Part shown: piece by piece, positions 19,792-28,993 of the stretch
Position numbering within the stretch: position 1 is the stretch's first letter
How the letters are laid out: each line of letters opens with the position of its first letter
Assembly (NCBI RefSeq): GCF_001306135.1
Contig: NZ_LGKP01000040.1
Location: 216,726 to 280,725 of the forward strand
Direction of reading: 5' to 3'
Length of the DNA: 64,000 nucleotides
From: Herpetosiphon geysericola
GTDB taxonomy: Bacteria; Chloroflexota; Chloroflexia; Chloroflexales; Herpetosiphonaceae
Translations under genes and position numbers: made by a program
Notes under the pieces: generated by a model
Databases searched by the model: none
Seen by the model: the letters and a program-made list of their open reading frames with translations, nothing else
What the model was told of the DNA's origin: nothing

Positions 19792-20959
19792 ATGACCACC
19801 CTGACCCGTTGTTACAAGTACCGCATGTATCCGACCGATGACCAGCACACCACACTGGTGCGGTGGGCAGGGTGTCGGCGATATGTGTGGAACTGGGCCT
19901 TGCGCCAACGCAAAGACCACTACCGCGCAACGGGTCGGGGCTTAGGCTATGCGAAACTGGCGGCGGCATTGACTCGGTTAAAGCGCGATCCAGCCCATGC
20001 GTGGTTGCGCGAATGCGTCGCGCAAGTCTTGCAACAAACGTTGATGGATTTGGAACGGGCCTTTACCAACTTTTTTGAAAAACGGGCCAAGTATCCACGC
20101 TTCAAGGCACGCAAAACCACGCCGCACAGCCTGCGCTTTCCGCAATGCGTGCTGGTGGTGGATGCCCACACGATCAGCGTCCCAAAAATCGGTCTGATGC
20201 GGGCGGTGCCATCGTCCACTGGTGGGAATCACCAAAGGTGCAACTATCAAGCAAGACGCGACCGGGTCGTGGTGGGTGGTGTTCGTGTGCCACAGTGACC
20301 GCCCCGATACCACGCCGACCGCTGATCGACCTGTGGGGATCGATGTGGGCCTTGAATCCTTCACGACCCTGCACACGGGTGCGAAAACTGCACCCCCGAA
20401 GTTTTACCGTCGCGCCCACAAGAAATTGGCCCACGCCCAACGCAACCTTTCCCGCGTCCAAAAGGGTAGCAATAATCACAAAAAAGCCCGACAGCGCGTG
20501 GCAAAAATCCACCAGAAAATCAAGAACCAGCGCACCGATTGGTTGCACAAGCACGCGCTGGGGATTATCCAGAATCATGATACGGTGTGCATCGAAGATT
20601 TGAACGTGCGTGGCCTTGCGAGAACCAAGCTGGCGAAGTCGTTCATGGATACCGCCCTGAGTACCTTCATGCAGATGTTGCGCGAAAAAGCCGAATGGCA
20701 CGGACGACAGGTGGTACAGGTTGGGCGGTTCTACGCCTCATCCAAGACCTGTCATGCGTGCCATACGAAAGCTGCCTTGACTCTTTCCGACCGCGTGTGG
20801 ATGTGTCCCACTTGTGGCACGACCCACGACCGTGATGTGAACGCCGCCATCAATATCTTGCACGAAGGGGTACGCCTGCTTGCCGTTGGGACGACGGAAA
20901 GCCAAAACGCTGCTGGAGACCCTGGAAGTCCTGCGAAACGTAGGCGAGTCGGTCGCTGA
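19792..20959 (+). pseudogene. tnpB: IS605 OrfB / TnpB (RNA-guided nuclease family) with a +1 frameshift near 20205-20215
   Basis: The N-terminal part MTTLTRCYKYRMYPT... (frame of ORF 19702) continues as ...HRPLVGITKGATIKQDATGSWWVVFVC...GIDVGL... and a C-terminal zinc finger CHACHT...CPTCG (ORF 20222..20959) after a single-base insertion. The ATG immediately follows the tnpA stop. Confidence 0.7.
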
Positions 20960-20993
20960 AGGCAGAAGCCACGCCCCTTGTGGGCGTGGTAGT

Positions 20994-21272
20994 TCACGAT
21001 AAGCCAATATCCCAGGTGGCGGCGATTTCTTCTTTGGTGAATGAACGGAAGGCTAAAACCGTCGAGGTGCGCACAATCCCCTTCAGGCTGCCAATTTGGT
21101 CGGGCACAGTTTTGGCCAGTTGATCATAATCGGCCAAGCGCACAATCGCGATAATATCCCATTCGCCTGTGACCGAATAGACCTCGGCCACGCCTTCAAT
21201 CGCGGTCAAGCCAGCCGCTACTCCATTGGCGGCGCTTGGTTCTGTTTGAATATGCACAAATGCGGTGATCAT
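20994..21272 (-). CDS. Stand-alone Lrp/AsnC-type ligand-binding (RAM) domain protein
   Basis: 92 aa. The sequence VYSVTGEWDIIAIVRLADYDQL resembles the AsnC C-terminal regulatory domain. No HTH is present. Confidence 0.5.
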   Translation of the reverse strand: MITAFVHIQTEPSAANGVAAGLTAIEGVAEVYSVTGEWDIIAIVRLADYDQLAKTVPDQIGSLKGIVRTSTVLAFRSFTKEEIAATWDIGLS

Positions 21273-21379
21273 CGCTGGTTCCTCGCCATAGCATGCAAAA
21301 AATTCAGCTTATTTTAACATAGTTGCCATGGGCCAAGCGTACAGTAGCTCAGCCCGCTCCACCAGCGGAATGGATGGGG

Positions 21380-23368
21380 TTAGGGCAGCAATCGCAGGCG
21401 TTGCAACGTCACTGTTTGTTGCTCAGCCCCAGCCACCACCGGATCAAGCCGTAGCATGCCAATCTGGCCTTGCCAAGTTGGAATTTGGCTGAGATCGAGG
21501 GTGTAGGTATGCAGCGCGCCATCGCCAATCACATCCCACGCAACCGAATGATCCTCGGTTGCGCCTTCGCCTGGAGCCATCCAATAGAGTTGACCATGTT
21601 GGTTGGGCAAGCTGGTGGCCATCGTAATTTCTAGTTTGCGCCATTGAGCGCTATCAAGCGTGATGCGGGGGCTAAGCAAATGCGGGTCTTGCTCGGGCAC
21701 AAATTGCCAACCATCAACCCACGTCGTGCCAGCAATAAAATTCTCGCGCCAGCCCAAGCTCCAATCCTGCCAATGCCAATCGGGCGCACCTTGAGGAATG
21801 GGATCGAGCTTGAAGTAGCTGGCATGAGTCAGCGTCATTGGCTGTGCTTGGTGCAAAAACGGCGCAAAACATTCGGCCACTGCGTGCGGCTCTAAGCCAT
21901 AGCGTTCGAGCAAAATTGGGCTGGGTGTAACCGCCTGCTGATCGAGCCAAACTGTATAGCCAGCACTGGTCGTATCCACAATTTTGGCGCTAATTTCCAA
22001 GCAGCCATGCTGCCAATCGCCGGGGCTTACACTGAGTGGCAGACTATTTGGGCGCGCAAATTCATATTCTGCATACAATGCTTGCAAGCCATTCGGCACA
22101 AGATAAAAATCATTGCTGCTGCCAGTTTGGGCCAATTCAGTAATCACCATGCGATCTTGATCGTTGGCAGCATCGCCGTTGGCGTTAATTTGCCAGCCAT
22201 TGCTCAAGGCCATGCCAAGCAAAGCTGTACTGAGAGCTGGCTGCCACCAAGGCCAACGCAGTACGCTGATCGTATTCAGCGCCAGCGTGCTCAACAAAGC
22301 CCACGGCGGCAAGCAGGCAATCCAAAATTCAATATTATCTGGCTCCCACCAGCCAAAAAAGAGGCTATAGCTTACCAGCCAGGTTGTAGCCAGCAACACT
22401 AACGGGCGTGATTGCTGCCAAAGCTGCCGCCAACGCCAGCCAATTAGGCCAAGGCTTGCAAGCAACACTCCGCCACCAAGCCAGCCATGAATCGTATGTT
22501 GCCAACCGCTGAGCAAATTGCCAATACTCGTCGCGCTTGGCGTCGCGCCCCACAAACCAGTATTCGCATATTCAAATAGCCATTGTTGGATTTGCGCCCA
22601 GCTCCGAAAGCCGCTCAAGCCAAACATCACAATCGCATAGCTGCCGCCAACCACCAGCAACCCAACCATGGCATAGTGGATGAATGCTCGCCAGCGTTGG
22701 CTCCATGGCGTGGATTGCCAATTGGCACTCAGCCAAACCGCCAGCACTGGCAGTAACCACAACACATTTGTTTGATGAAACAGAATCGCGCCGCTATGCG
22801 CCAAACCAAGCCAGCGCCATAAATTCACATTTTGCGGAGTTTCAGCTAAGCGCAGCAACAAACCAGTGGCAATTATCAAAAATAGGCCAGCCAAGGTATA
22901 GACCTCGACCTCAACCGCGTAATACCACCAAGCATACGCGCCGCCAACCAGCAGACTGCCAATAGTCGCCAACCACGCTTGGTTGGTCAACCGATAGAGC
23001 AAACTCCACCAGATGATTACGCCGCTTGCGCCAGCCAGCACATTGAACAATTGCAACGGCCCGAAGGCCATGCCCCGATAACCCACAACCTGACTGAATC
23101 CATAGACAATTTCGCCAAGCGGCCCATACAACAAATGATGGGGATGAAACGATTCGCGCCACGGTTTGGCTTGCACCGCCGTCGCATACGAATAAGCATC
23201 GAAAGTATGAATTTGCGTGAGCGTTAGGCTATAGAACAGAACTAGGCCCAGCCACGCCAAACCAAGCTTTAAGCGAAATTGTTGCTGCATTGCGGTATCC
23301 AGAAAGCGCGCTAAAACAATGACACAGCCTGTTGTTACAGACTGTGCCATAGTACCATTGAATGACAT
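21380..23368 (-). CDS. Large polytopic membrane protein, GT-C-fold glycosyltransferase-like (ArnT/PMT-like) with an extracytoplasmic C-terminal domain
   Basis: 662 aa with more than 10 TM helices in the N-terminal two thirds, followed by a soluble C-terminal domain of about 200 aa. The family assignment is tentative. Confidence 0.4.
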   Translation of the reverse strand: MSFNGTMAQSVTTGCVIVLARFLDTAMQQQFRLKLGLAWLGLVLFYSLTLTQIHTFDAYSYATAVQAKPWRESFHPHHLLYGPLGEIVYGFSQVVGYRGMAFGPLQLFNVLAGASGVIIWWSLLYRLTNQAWLATIGSLLVGGAYAWWYYAVEVEVYTLAGLFLIIATGLLLRLAETPQNVNLWRWLGLAHSGAILFHQTNVLWLLPVLAVWLSANWQSTPWSQRWRAFIHYAMVGLLVVGGSYAIVMFGLSGFRSWAQIQQWLFEYANTGLWGATPSATSIGNLLSGWQHTIHGWLGGGVLLASLGLIGWRWRQLWQQSRPLVLLATTWLVSYSLFFGWWEPDNIEFWIACLPPWALLSTLALNTISVLRWPWWQPALSTALLGMALSNGWQINANGDAANDQDRMVITELAQTGSSNDFYLVPNGLQALYAEYEFARPNSLPLSVSPGDWQHGCLEISAKIVDTTSAGYTVWLDQQAVTPSPILLERYGLEPHAVAECFAPFLHQAQPMTLTHASYFKLDPIPQGAPDWHWQDWSLGWRENFIAGTTWVDGWQFVPEQDPHLLSPRITLDSAQWRKLEITMATSLPNQHGQLYWMAPGEGATEDHSVAWDVIGDGALHTYTLDLSQIPTWQGQIGMLRLDPVVAGAEQQTVTLQRLRLLP

Positions 23369-23373
23369 TCAGC

Positions 23374-25641
23374 TTATTTGGTCGTCCAAGGCAGATAGAC
23401 TTTATAGTTAACTGCTGGAGCTGTCACGACGACCGTACCTTGCATATTGCTGTGCAACGTACAGACATAGCTGAAGCTACCAACCTGATCAAAGGTTACT
23501 GCATACTCTTGGTTTTGGCTTAGGTTGCCCGACGCCCAGGTGAATGGGGTTTGGCTGCGGATTGTGTTGTGCGGAGCGCTATCAAGGTTGCGCCAGAGCA
23601 CGCTCGTTCCCAAGGTAACTGTAATTGGGCTTGGGCTAAAGCGGAAGTTTTGAATGTTGACGGTTTGGGTCGCGGTGTAGGCAAAGTTTTGGGTCACGCT
23701 CTGATTGAGTGCAACCGTAACTGTTGCTACTTGGGTTTCCAAGGCCATCAAATCGCTCGCGATGGTGTAAGTGCCTGGCGCTAAGGTCAAGCTATAGACC
23801 CCTTGAGCGTTGGTTTCGGTCGTAACGTTGCCTGGGTTAGCGGTGATCACTGCGCCAGCGCGGCCAGTACCGTTGAGGGTCACTGTGCCGGTTGCCGTCC
23901 CAGTTGGGCCACCACTAAAAGCAAAATCCTCGGTAGCAACTTGGCCTTTGACAATCGTCACTTGGCGGATAATTGGATCTTGGCTTGGCACCGTGACAGT
24001 TGCGGTATAGACGCCTGATGGCAAGCTAGTGCTATAGACACCAGTCGTTTTGCCAAATTCAACCACGCCAACGCTATTTTCCAAGCGCACGGTGGCCGAG
24101 GTGGCGGCAGTGCCATTAACCGTGATGCTGCCTTGCAAGGTTGGGGCAATCGCGGTCAAGGCATTAACATAGCCATGGCCAAAGGTGTTGTTTGGAATGC
24201 TTGAGCCAGGTACGCCACCACAGGTTTCGGTTGAAGGCGCAGCGGTCGCGGTTTCTTGCAAGATGGCGCGAGTCAGATCAACTTGGCCTTGCAATTCTGG
24301 CCGAGCCGACCACAACAAGGCTACCACACCAACTACGTGCGGGCTAGCCATACTCGTGCCTGAGCTTGAGCCATAGCTGGTGTCGCTGCTGCGGGTAGCC
24401 GAACGAACACTAACCCCTGGAGCAGAAATATCAGGGCCAAGGCGGCTTACGCCGTTATTGGTAGCAGGGCCACGGCTGCTAAATGAGGCAATTGCACTAG
24501 TAGAATCATGTGCGCCAACTGTAAAGCTTTCTGGGTAAATTGCCACTGGTGTAGTAATTGTGGCACAACTACCACCCTCGTTACCAGCTGAGGCCACAAA
24601 CATAATCCCAGCATTGGTTACGTTTTGAACTGAGGTCTGAATCCCATCAGCAGGCGTGTTGACACAACCTTCTTCTGGTGGGCAACCCCACGAGTTGTTG
24701 ATCACGTGTGGGGCTTTGCTTGGGTCGCCTTCAGCACTGGTGCCAGCGCTTGGGAATGGAGCAAGCATCCAGTCGATACAGCGAATGTAGGTTGCAGGTG
24801 TCCCAACACCAGCATCCATGTTGCGGCAAGCGATCCACTTAGCACCTGGCGCAACCCCAATTTGTTCGCCCGTACCGTTATCGCCAACCACCGTCCCAAC
24901 GGTGTGCGTCCCGTGTGAGTTATCGTCACATGGTACGTTAATCGCAATCCCACAGGGGTTGGTGCCACCACCTAACGAGGTGCGAATACCGTCATACCAG
25001 TTGTAATCGTGGCTAGCAGTTGTGCCATCCCAGCCGCGATATTTGTTCTTGATCGCAGCGTGGGTCCAGCGAACGCCAGTATCTTCGCCAGCAATCACAA
25101 TCCCTTGACCTGTGATGCCCTTGGCCCAGACTTGAGGAGCTTTAACGTAATTCACACCCCAGGTTATTGCATTGACTGCTTGTGGTGCTGGGCTTGGGCT
25201 AGTTTCGGCAACAGGTTTTTCAACCTTAACCACAATCGTATCTTCGATCAACTGCTTGACGCTGGCTTGTTCGGCCAACCATTGAGCGCTGGCTAAATCA
25301 AGCGTTGCATACACGGCATTGACTGAAAGAAAGCCTTCTGATCGAATTCCACGGTTGCTGAGTTCGCTCAGGAGCGGGGTTTGATCGCGTTGGGCTTGTT
25401 GGCGCAAGGCAGCGACAACAGCAGCACCTTTGGCTTCTTTGCTTGCTAAGCGATCAGCGAAATTGGTGTCGACTTGGTTTTGCAACAATACCAAGGTTGG
25501 CACTTGTTGACCTGCATTCAGCTTGGCCAGTAAAGCTGAATCGGCCTTGGTGGCCAAGCGGTCGGGTGTGTTGGCGGAGGCGCTTGGCAGACAAAAGCCC
25601 GCTAACACCATCAGGAGGATGAATGGTTTGAACAGACGCAT
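23374..25641 (-). CDS. Secreted subtilisin-like serine protease (peptidase S8) with internal beta-sandwich domains and a C-terminal cupredoxin (plastocyanin/azurin-like) domain
   Basis: Signal peptide (MRLFKPFILLMVLAGFCLPSASA with a GGGGAG RBS). Catalytic motifs DTGV, GHGTHTVGT, SGTSMASPHV. C-terminal ...APHNTIRS...YVCTLHSNMQGTVVV type-1 copper ligand pattern. Confidence 0.8.
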   Translation of the reverse strand: MRLFKPFILLMVLAGFCLPSASANTPDRLATKADSALLAKLNAGQQVPTLVLLQNQVDTNFADRLASKEAKGAAVVAALRQQAQRDQTPLLSELSNRGIRSEGFLSVNAVYATLDLASAQWLAEQASVKQLIEDTIVVKVEKPVAETSPSPAPQAVNAITWGVNYVKAPQVWAKGITGQGIVIAGEDTGVRWTHAAIKNKYRGWDGTTASHDYNWYDGIRTSLGGGTNPCGIAINVPCDDNSHGTHTVGTVVGDNGTGEQIGVAPGAKWIACRNMDAGVGTPATYIRCIDWMLAPFPSAGTSAEGDPSKAPHVINNSWGCPPEEGCVNTPADGIQTSVQNVTNAGIMFVASAGNEGGSCATITTPVAIYPESFTVGAHDSTSAIASFSSRGPATNNGVSRLGPDISAPGVSVRSATRSSDTSYGSSSGTSMASPHVVGVVALLWSARPELQGQVDLTRAILQETATAAPSTETCGGVPGSSIPNNTFGHGYVNALTAIAPTLQGSITVNGTAATSATVRLENSVGVVEFGKTTGVYSTSLPSGVYTATVTVPSQDPIIRQVTIVKGQVATEDFAFSGGPTGTATGTVTLNGTGRAGAVITANPGNVTTETNAQGVYSLTLAPGTYTIASDLMALETQVATVTVALNQSVTQNFAYTATQTVNIQNFRFSPSPITVTLGTSVLWRNLDSAPHNTIRSQTPFTWASGNLSQNQEYAVTFDQVGSFSYVCTLHSNMQGTVVVTAPAVNYKVYLPWTTK

Positions 25642-25739
25642 AGGCTCCCCACAACAGGTAAAAGATATTAACTTAGCTGCAAGTATAGCAAACTTTTGGG
25701 CATGGTAAAATAGCACGATGCTGATAGATTGCGACATGC

Positions 25740-26741
25740 TTGAAATGGACGATTATGGAAGATTTTTTGCGCCGAGCAGCGGCGGATTTACATATTGGGG
25801 TTGAACAAACCAGCCCAACCACCTGGACATTAACTATTCCCGGCAGCTTGGCTCGGGTTTTTGGCAAAGAAACGGTTTTGGTCACGACCGATAAACAGGT
25901 TGCTGCGCTCGACCCTGATCTGCAATTGCTTTCGCCAAACTCATCGTTAACCTTGCGCCTCGCTGAGCAGTTGCGTTCGCGCGGGCGGCCAACTCATCGC
26001 GCGCGCTTGGAATGGTATCCTGATCAAGCGAGCTTATTGGCCGATGTGCAGCAAGCGCAGCTGATTCAAGGCCCAGCTTTGCAGATTAGCGGCTTGCAAC
26101 AGCATATCGTGCTGCGAATTACCTTCCGCATTCGCTTTGAACGTGAAGTGATCGAAGAAAAAATGGTGGCATGTTGTGTCGATTATGAAACTGGCCAAGT
26201 TTGGCCAACGATTACCGACATTACCAATTTGCGTGAGCAATTAACGCCCTTGCCCACAACTGGCCTAACCGAGGAGCACGTTAATGTCGCTTTGCACCAT
26301 GCGCGGCGCTGGCTCGAACGCTTGCTCTACCCGCAAAAAGCCCTGCACGAAGCCCAACTTGCCCAATTGCTGGCGGTCGAAAAAGCGCGCATCAATGCCT
26401 TCTACGATGCCTTAGAGGAAGATTCAGGCTTGGCCTTAGGCGCAAAAGAGGGTGAATCGAACAAACAATATGCTCTCGAAGAAGAACGCAAACGCTTGCT
26501 TGATGAGCAAGAATATCGCTATGCGCTTTCGCTGGCCGCCGAAACCGTGAGCGTCGCCACCCTCCACGTGCCAGTCTTGCACATTGGCAGCAATCAACAA
26601 GCACAATTAATCGCGATCTCGCCCTTGTTTGAGCCAATGATTCAATTGCCCCACTGCCAAGCCTGTGGCCGGCAAGCAAGCTTAGTCCAGCACAAAAATC
26701 AACTTGTGTGCAACGTTTGCCATCAAGTGCTTGCTCAATAA
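25740..26741 (+). CDS. Hypothetical protein with a C-terminal CxxC...CxxC zinc-ribbon
   Basis: 333 aa. The C-terminus is HCQACGRQASLVQHKNQLVCNVCHQVL. Confidence 0.45.
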   Translation: MKWTIMEDFLRRAAADLHIGVEQTSPTTWTLTIPGSLARVFGKETVLVTTDKQVAALDPDLQLLSPNSSLTLRLAEQLRSRGRPTHRARLEWYPDQASLLADVQQAQLIQGPALQISGLQQHIVLRITFRIRFEREVIEEKMVACCVDYETGQVWPTITDITNLREQLTPLPTTGLTEEHVNVALHHARRWLERLLYPQKALHEAQLAQLLAVEKARINAFYDALEEDSGLALGAKEGESNKQYALEEERKRLLDEQEYRYALSLAAETVSVATLHVPVLHIGSNQQAQLIAISPLFEPMIQLPHCQACGRQASLVQHKNQLVCNVCHQVLAQ

Positions 26742-26755
26742 GCTGTTTGGTGCAT

Positions 26756-26790
26756 GCCCCTTGGGTTAATCAAGCCAAGGGGCATTTTTA
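26756..26790 (+). terminator. Rho-independent terminator
   Basis: Stem gccccttg / caaggggc with a 12-nt loop, followed by attttta. Confidence 0.7.
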
Positions 26791-26975
26791 TTTAACTAGC
26801 CCAAGATTCATCAATGTTCATCAATTGATCAGCCTTCAGCAGCTTGCAGGCCACAGCAAACAGCTCTATGATACGAGCTAGGCATAGATCCTTTGGCCTA
26901 GCGCAAATCACCCTTTCTATGCAGATCAGTCCTAGGACCCAAGCGCCTGATCGTTGGAGCATTGAAAGGGGAAGT

Positions 26976-28067
26976 ATGCGGTACAACCAAGCGTATCTTG
27001 AAGGCTTACGCCCAATTGGCGACCCTGCCGCCGATAGTTTAATTGCCGAATTGGCTGCGAACGGCGATTTAGCACGCGTCAGCCATGTGCTGCGCCAAAT
27101 CACCAAGAACGATCAGCCATGGCCCCACGATCTGCCGCCGCTACTTAGTACATGGCTCGCACACCATTCCACGCTTCGTACAGCTATCGACTGGCAACGA
27201 ATTAATAACGGGGCAGCTTTTTTTGCCCGCTACGGCATGGCGATTACGGTTGTGCTCTCAACTGCGGCCTTGGTTGGCTGTTATGCGGCCCAAAAAGGGG
27301 TCAAAGTGCTGACCCAAACCCAACGTTTGCAGGCCGAACCCTATCGCCGCGTCACCGAATCGGGCCATTTTGTGATGGCAGTATTGCAGCCAAATGCCTT
27401 ACAGGCTAATGGCGAAGGCGTGCAGATCATTCAAAAAGTGCGCCTGATGCACGCCGCTGTGCGCTACCAAATTGCCCAAGCTGGGCAATGGAATCACAGC
27501 GAACTTGGGGTGCCAATTTGCCAAGAAGATATGTTGGGCACGCTGATGGTTTTTTCGTATGGTGTAATTTGGGGCTTGGAGCAACTTGGCTATCGCATCG
27601 CCAAGCAGCAAGCAGAGGATTTTCTGTATACCTGGAATCTCATTGGCAGCTTGATTGGGATCGATCCAGCTAGTTTGCCGTGCTCAATCGCCGAAGCCGA
27701 GGATCTCGCGTATAGCATTTCTAAGCGTCAGCATGGCCCATCGGATGAGGGTCGCGAACTGACCCAAGCGCTGCTGGCAATGCATACAGGGCTCTTACCA
27801 GGCCGTTTTTTCGATGGCATGGTTCCGGCATTAATCCAGCATTTGGCAGGCGCTGAGGTTGCGGAATGGATGGGCGTGCCCCAAACCCGTTGGAAATATG
27901 CGTTACGCTATCTCAAAACACTCAACAGCGCCATGCGAACCATCACCCAGCGTTTGCCTGGCCTCGATGAGCAATTTGATCGCTTAACATTTTTGTTGCT
28001 GCAACGCTGGACGGGCGCAATTCATCGTGGCGAATTGAGCGCAACCCTCAACGAACGCAGCGCTTAA
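26976..28067 (+). CDS. DUF2236 / MpaB-like putative oxygenase family protein
   Basis: 363 aa from MRYNQAYLEG, with an aaagggg RBS. The RLMHAAVR-type motif and overall length fit the MpaB/DUF2236 family. Moderate confidence. Confidence 0.4.
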   Translation: MRYNQAYLEGLRPIGDPAADSLIAELAANGDLARVSHVLRQITKNDQPWPHDLPPLLSTWLAHHSTLRTAIDWQRINNGAAFFARYGMAITVVLSTAALVGCYAAQKGVKVLTQTQRLQAEPYRRVTESGHFVMAVLQPNALQANGEGVQIIQKVRLMHAAVRYQIAQAGQWNHSELGVPICQEDMLGTLMVFSYGVIWGLEQLGYRIAKQQAEDFLYTWNLIGSLIGIDPASLPCSIAEAEDLAYSISKRQHGPSDEGRELTQALLAMHTGLLPGRFFDGMVPALIQHLAGAEVAEWMGVPQTRWKYALRYLKTLNSAMRTITQRLPGLDEQFDRLTFLLLQRWTGAIHRGELSATLNERSA

Positions 28068-28154
28068 TTCAATCAACCCCTCCAGCTAATGCTAAACTAA
28101 AGCCAATCTGGCGATTGCCACGATTGGTCTTTTTTGGTTCTTGACAGTATTCGA

Positions 28155-28195
28155 TTTACAGTGTAAATTCATTGATAAGATTTACACTGTAAATC
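28155..28195. promoter_or_regulatory. Two 15-bp palindromic operator sites (ATTTACA-N-TGTAAAT) upstream of the TetR gene, with a cttgaca -35-like box at 28141
   Basis: atttacagtgtaaat at 28155..28169 and its reverse complement atttacactgtaaat at 28181..28195, 15-40 bp upstream of the TetR start codon. Confidence 0.7.
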
Positions 28196-28210
28196 TATTG
28201 AGGTTTTGGA

Positions 28211-28909
28211 ATGGCGCGCACGCGGAATCATGTACTGAATGCTGAAACAATCGTTCAAATTAAGCAAGCGGCTCGGCAACTTATGGCGCAGCATGGCACA
28301 GCAGGCTTATCAATTCGAGGGATTGCCAAAGTGCTGTCGGTCAGTCCTCCGGCGCTGTATCACTACTTTGCCAACTTGGACGACCTGATTACGACCTTAA
28401 TCGCTGATAGTTTTAATAGTTTGGCCGACCGCTTGGATGAAGTTGGGCTTAAAAGCCGAACTAAGACCAAAGCGGGCCGCTTATTAGCAGTCCTTGAAGC
28501 CTATCGCAGTTGGGCGTTTGAGCATCCAATCGACTTTCAACTTATCTATGGTAATCCGATTCCAGGCTATAACGCACCACGGGAAATTACTGTGCCAGCA
28601 GTGGTACGGACATTTGTTACCCCAGTCCGCTTGGCAGATTTAGCCATCAAAGCTGGCGAATCAAGCCTCAACGAATTTGTCATGACCGAGGCCTGTGCCG
28701 AACGCATGACCGACATGATTACCCAAAATAATTATCCGGTGTCACTTGAATCGATGTATGTTGTGATGACACTTTGGACGCAAATTCATGGCCTGATTAT
28801 GCTGGATTTGTACGGGCATCTTAGTTCGAATGTTGGGAATGCTGAGGAATTCTATCGCCATCGGGTGATGGAAATGTTACGCAGTTTTGGCTTTCACGAT
28901 CTAACTTAA
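28211..28909 (+). CDS. TetR/AcrR family transcriptional regulator
   Basis: N-terminal HTH GLSIRGIAKVLSVSPPALYHYFANLDDL. 232 aa. Confidence 0.8.
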   Translation: MARTRNHVLNAETIVQIKQAARQLMAQHGTAGLSIRGIAKVLSVSPPALYHYFANLDDLITTLIADSFNSLADRLDEVGLKSRTKTKAGRLLAVLEAYRSWAFEHPIDFQLIYGNPIPGYNAPREITVPAVVRTFVTPVRLADLAIKAGESSLNEFVMTEACAERMTDMITQNNYPVSLESMYVVMTLWTQIHGLIMLDLYGHLSSNVGNAEEFYRHRVMEMLRSFGFHDLT

Positions 28910-28993
28910 TTTCATGCTGGCAGTAACCTTATAAAGTGGCCTTGGCAACGAGGTTGAGCTTGCTATTGCCAAAAATTAACAAGGAATTTTCAA

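Larger units (their letters stand above)
19382..20990 (+). mobile_element. Degenerate IS200/IS605-family insertion sequence (tnpA-tnpB co-oriented) with a right-end hairpin
   Basis: tnpA plus overlapping tnpB, both disrupted. The right-end subterminal hairpin ccacgccc-cttgt-gggcgtgg is at 20968..20990. The left-end boundary is not resolved and may lie up to 150 bp (or further) upstream of 19382. Confidence 0.6.

Noticed and set aside
19702-20298. ORF 19702..20298 as an independent 198-aa protein
   Set aside because: Its N-terminal 30 codons are an alternative-frame read of the tnpA 3' end. From the Met at 19792 it is the N-terminal part of TnpB, continued in ORF 20222..20959 after a frameshift.
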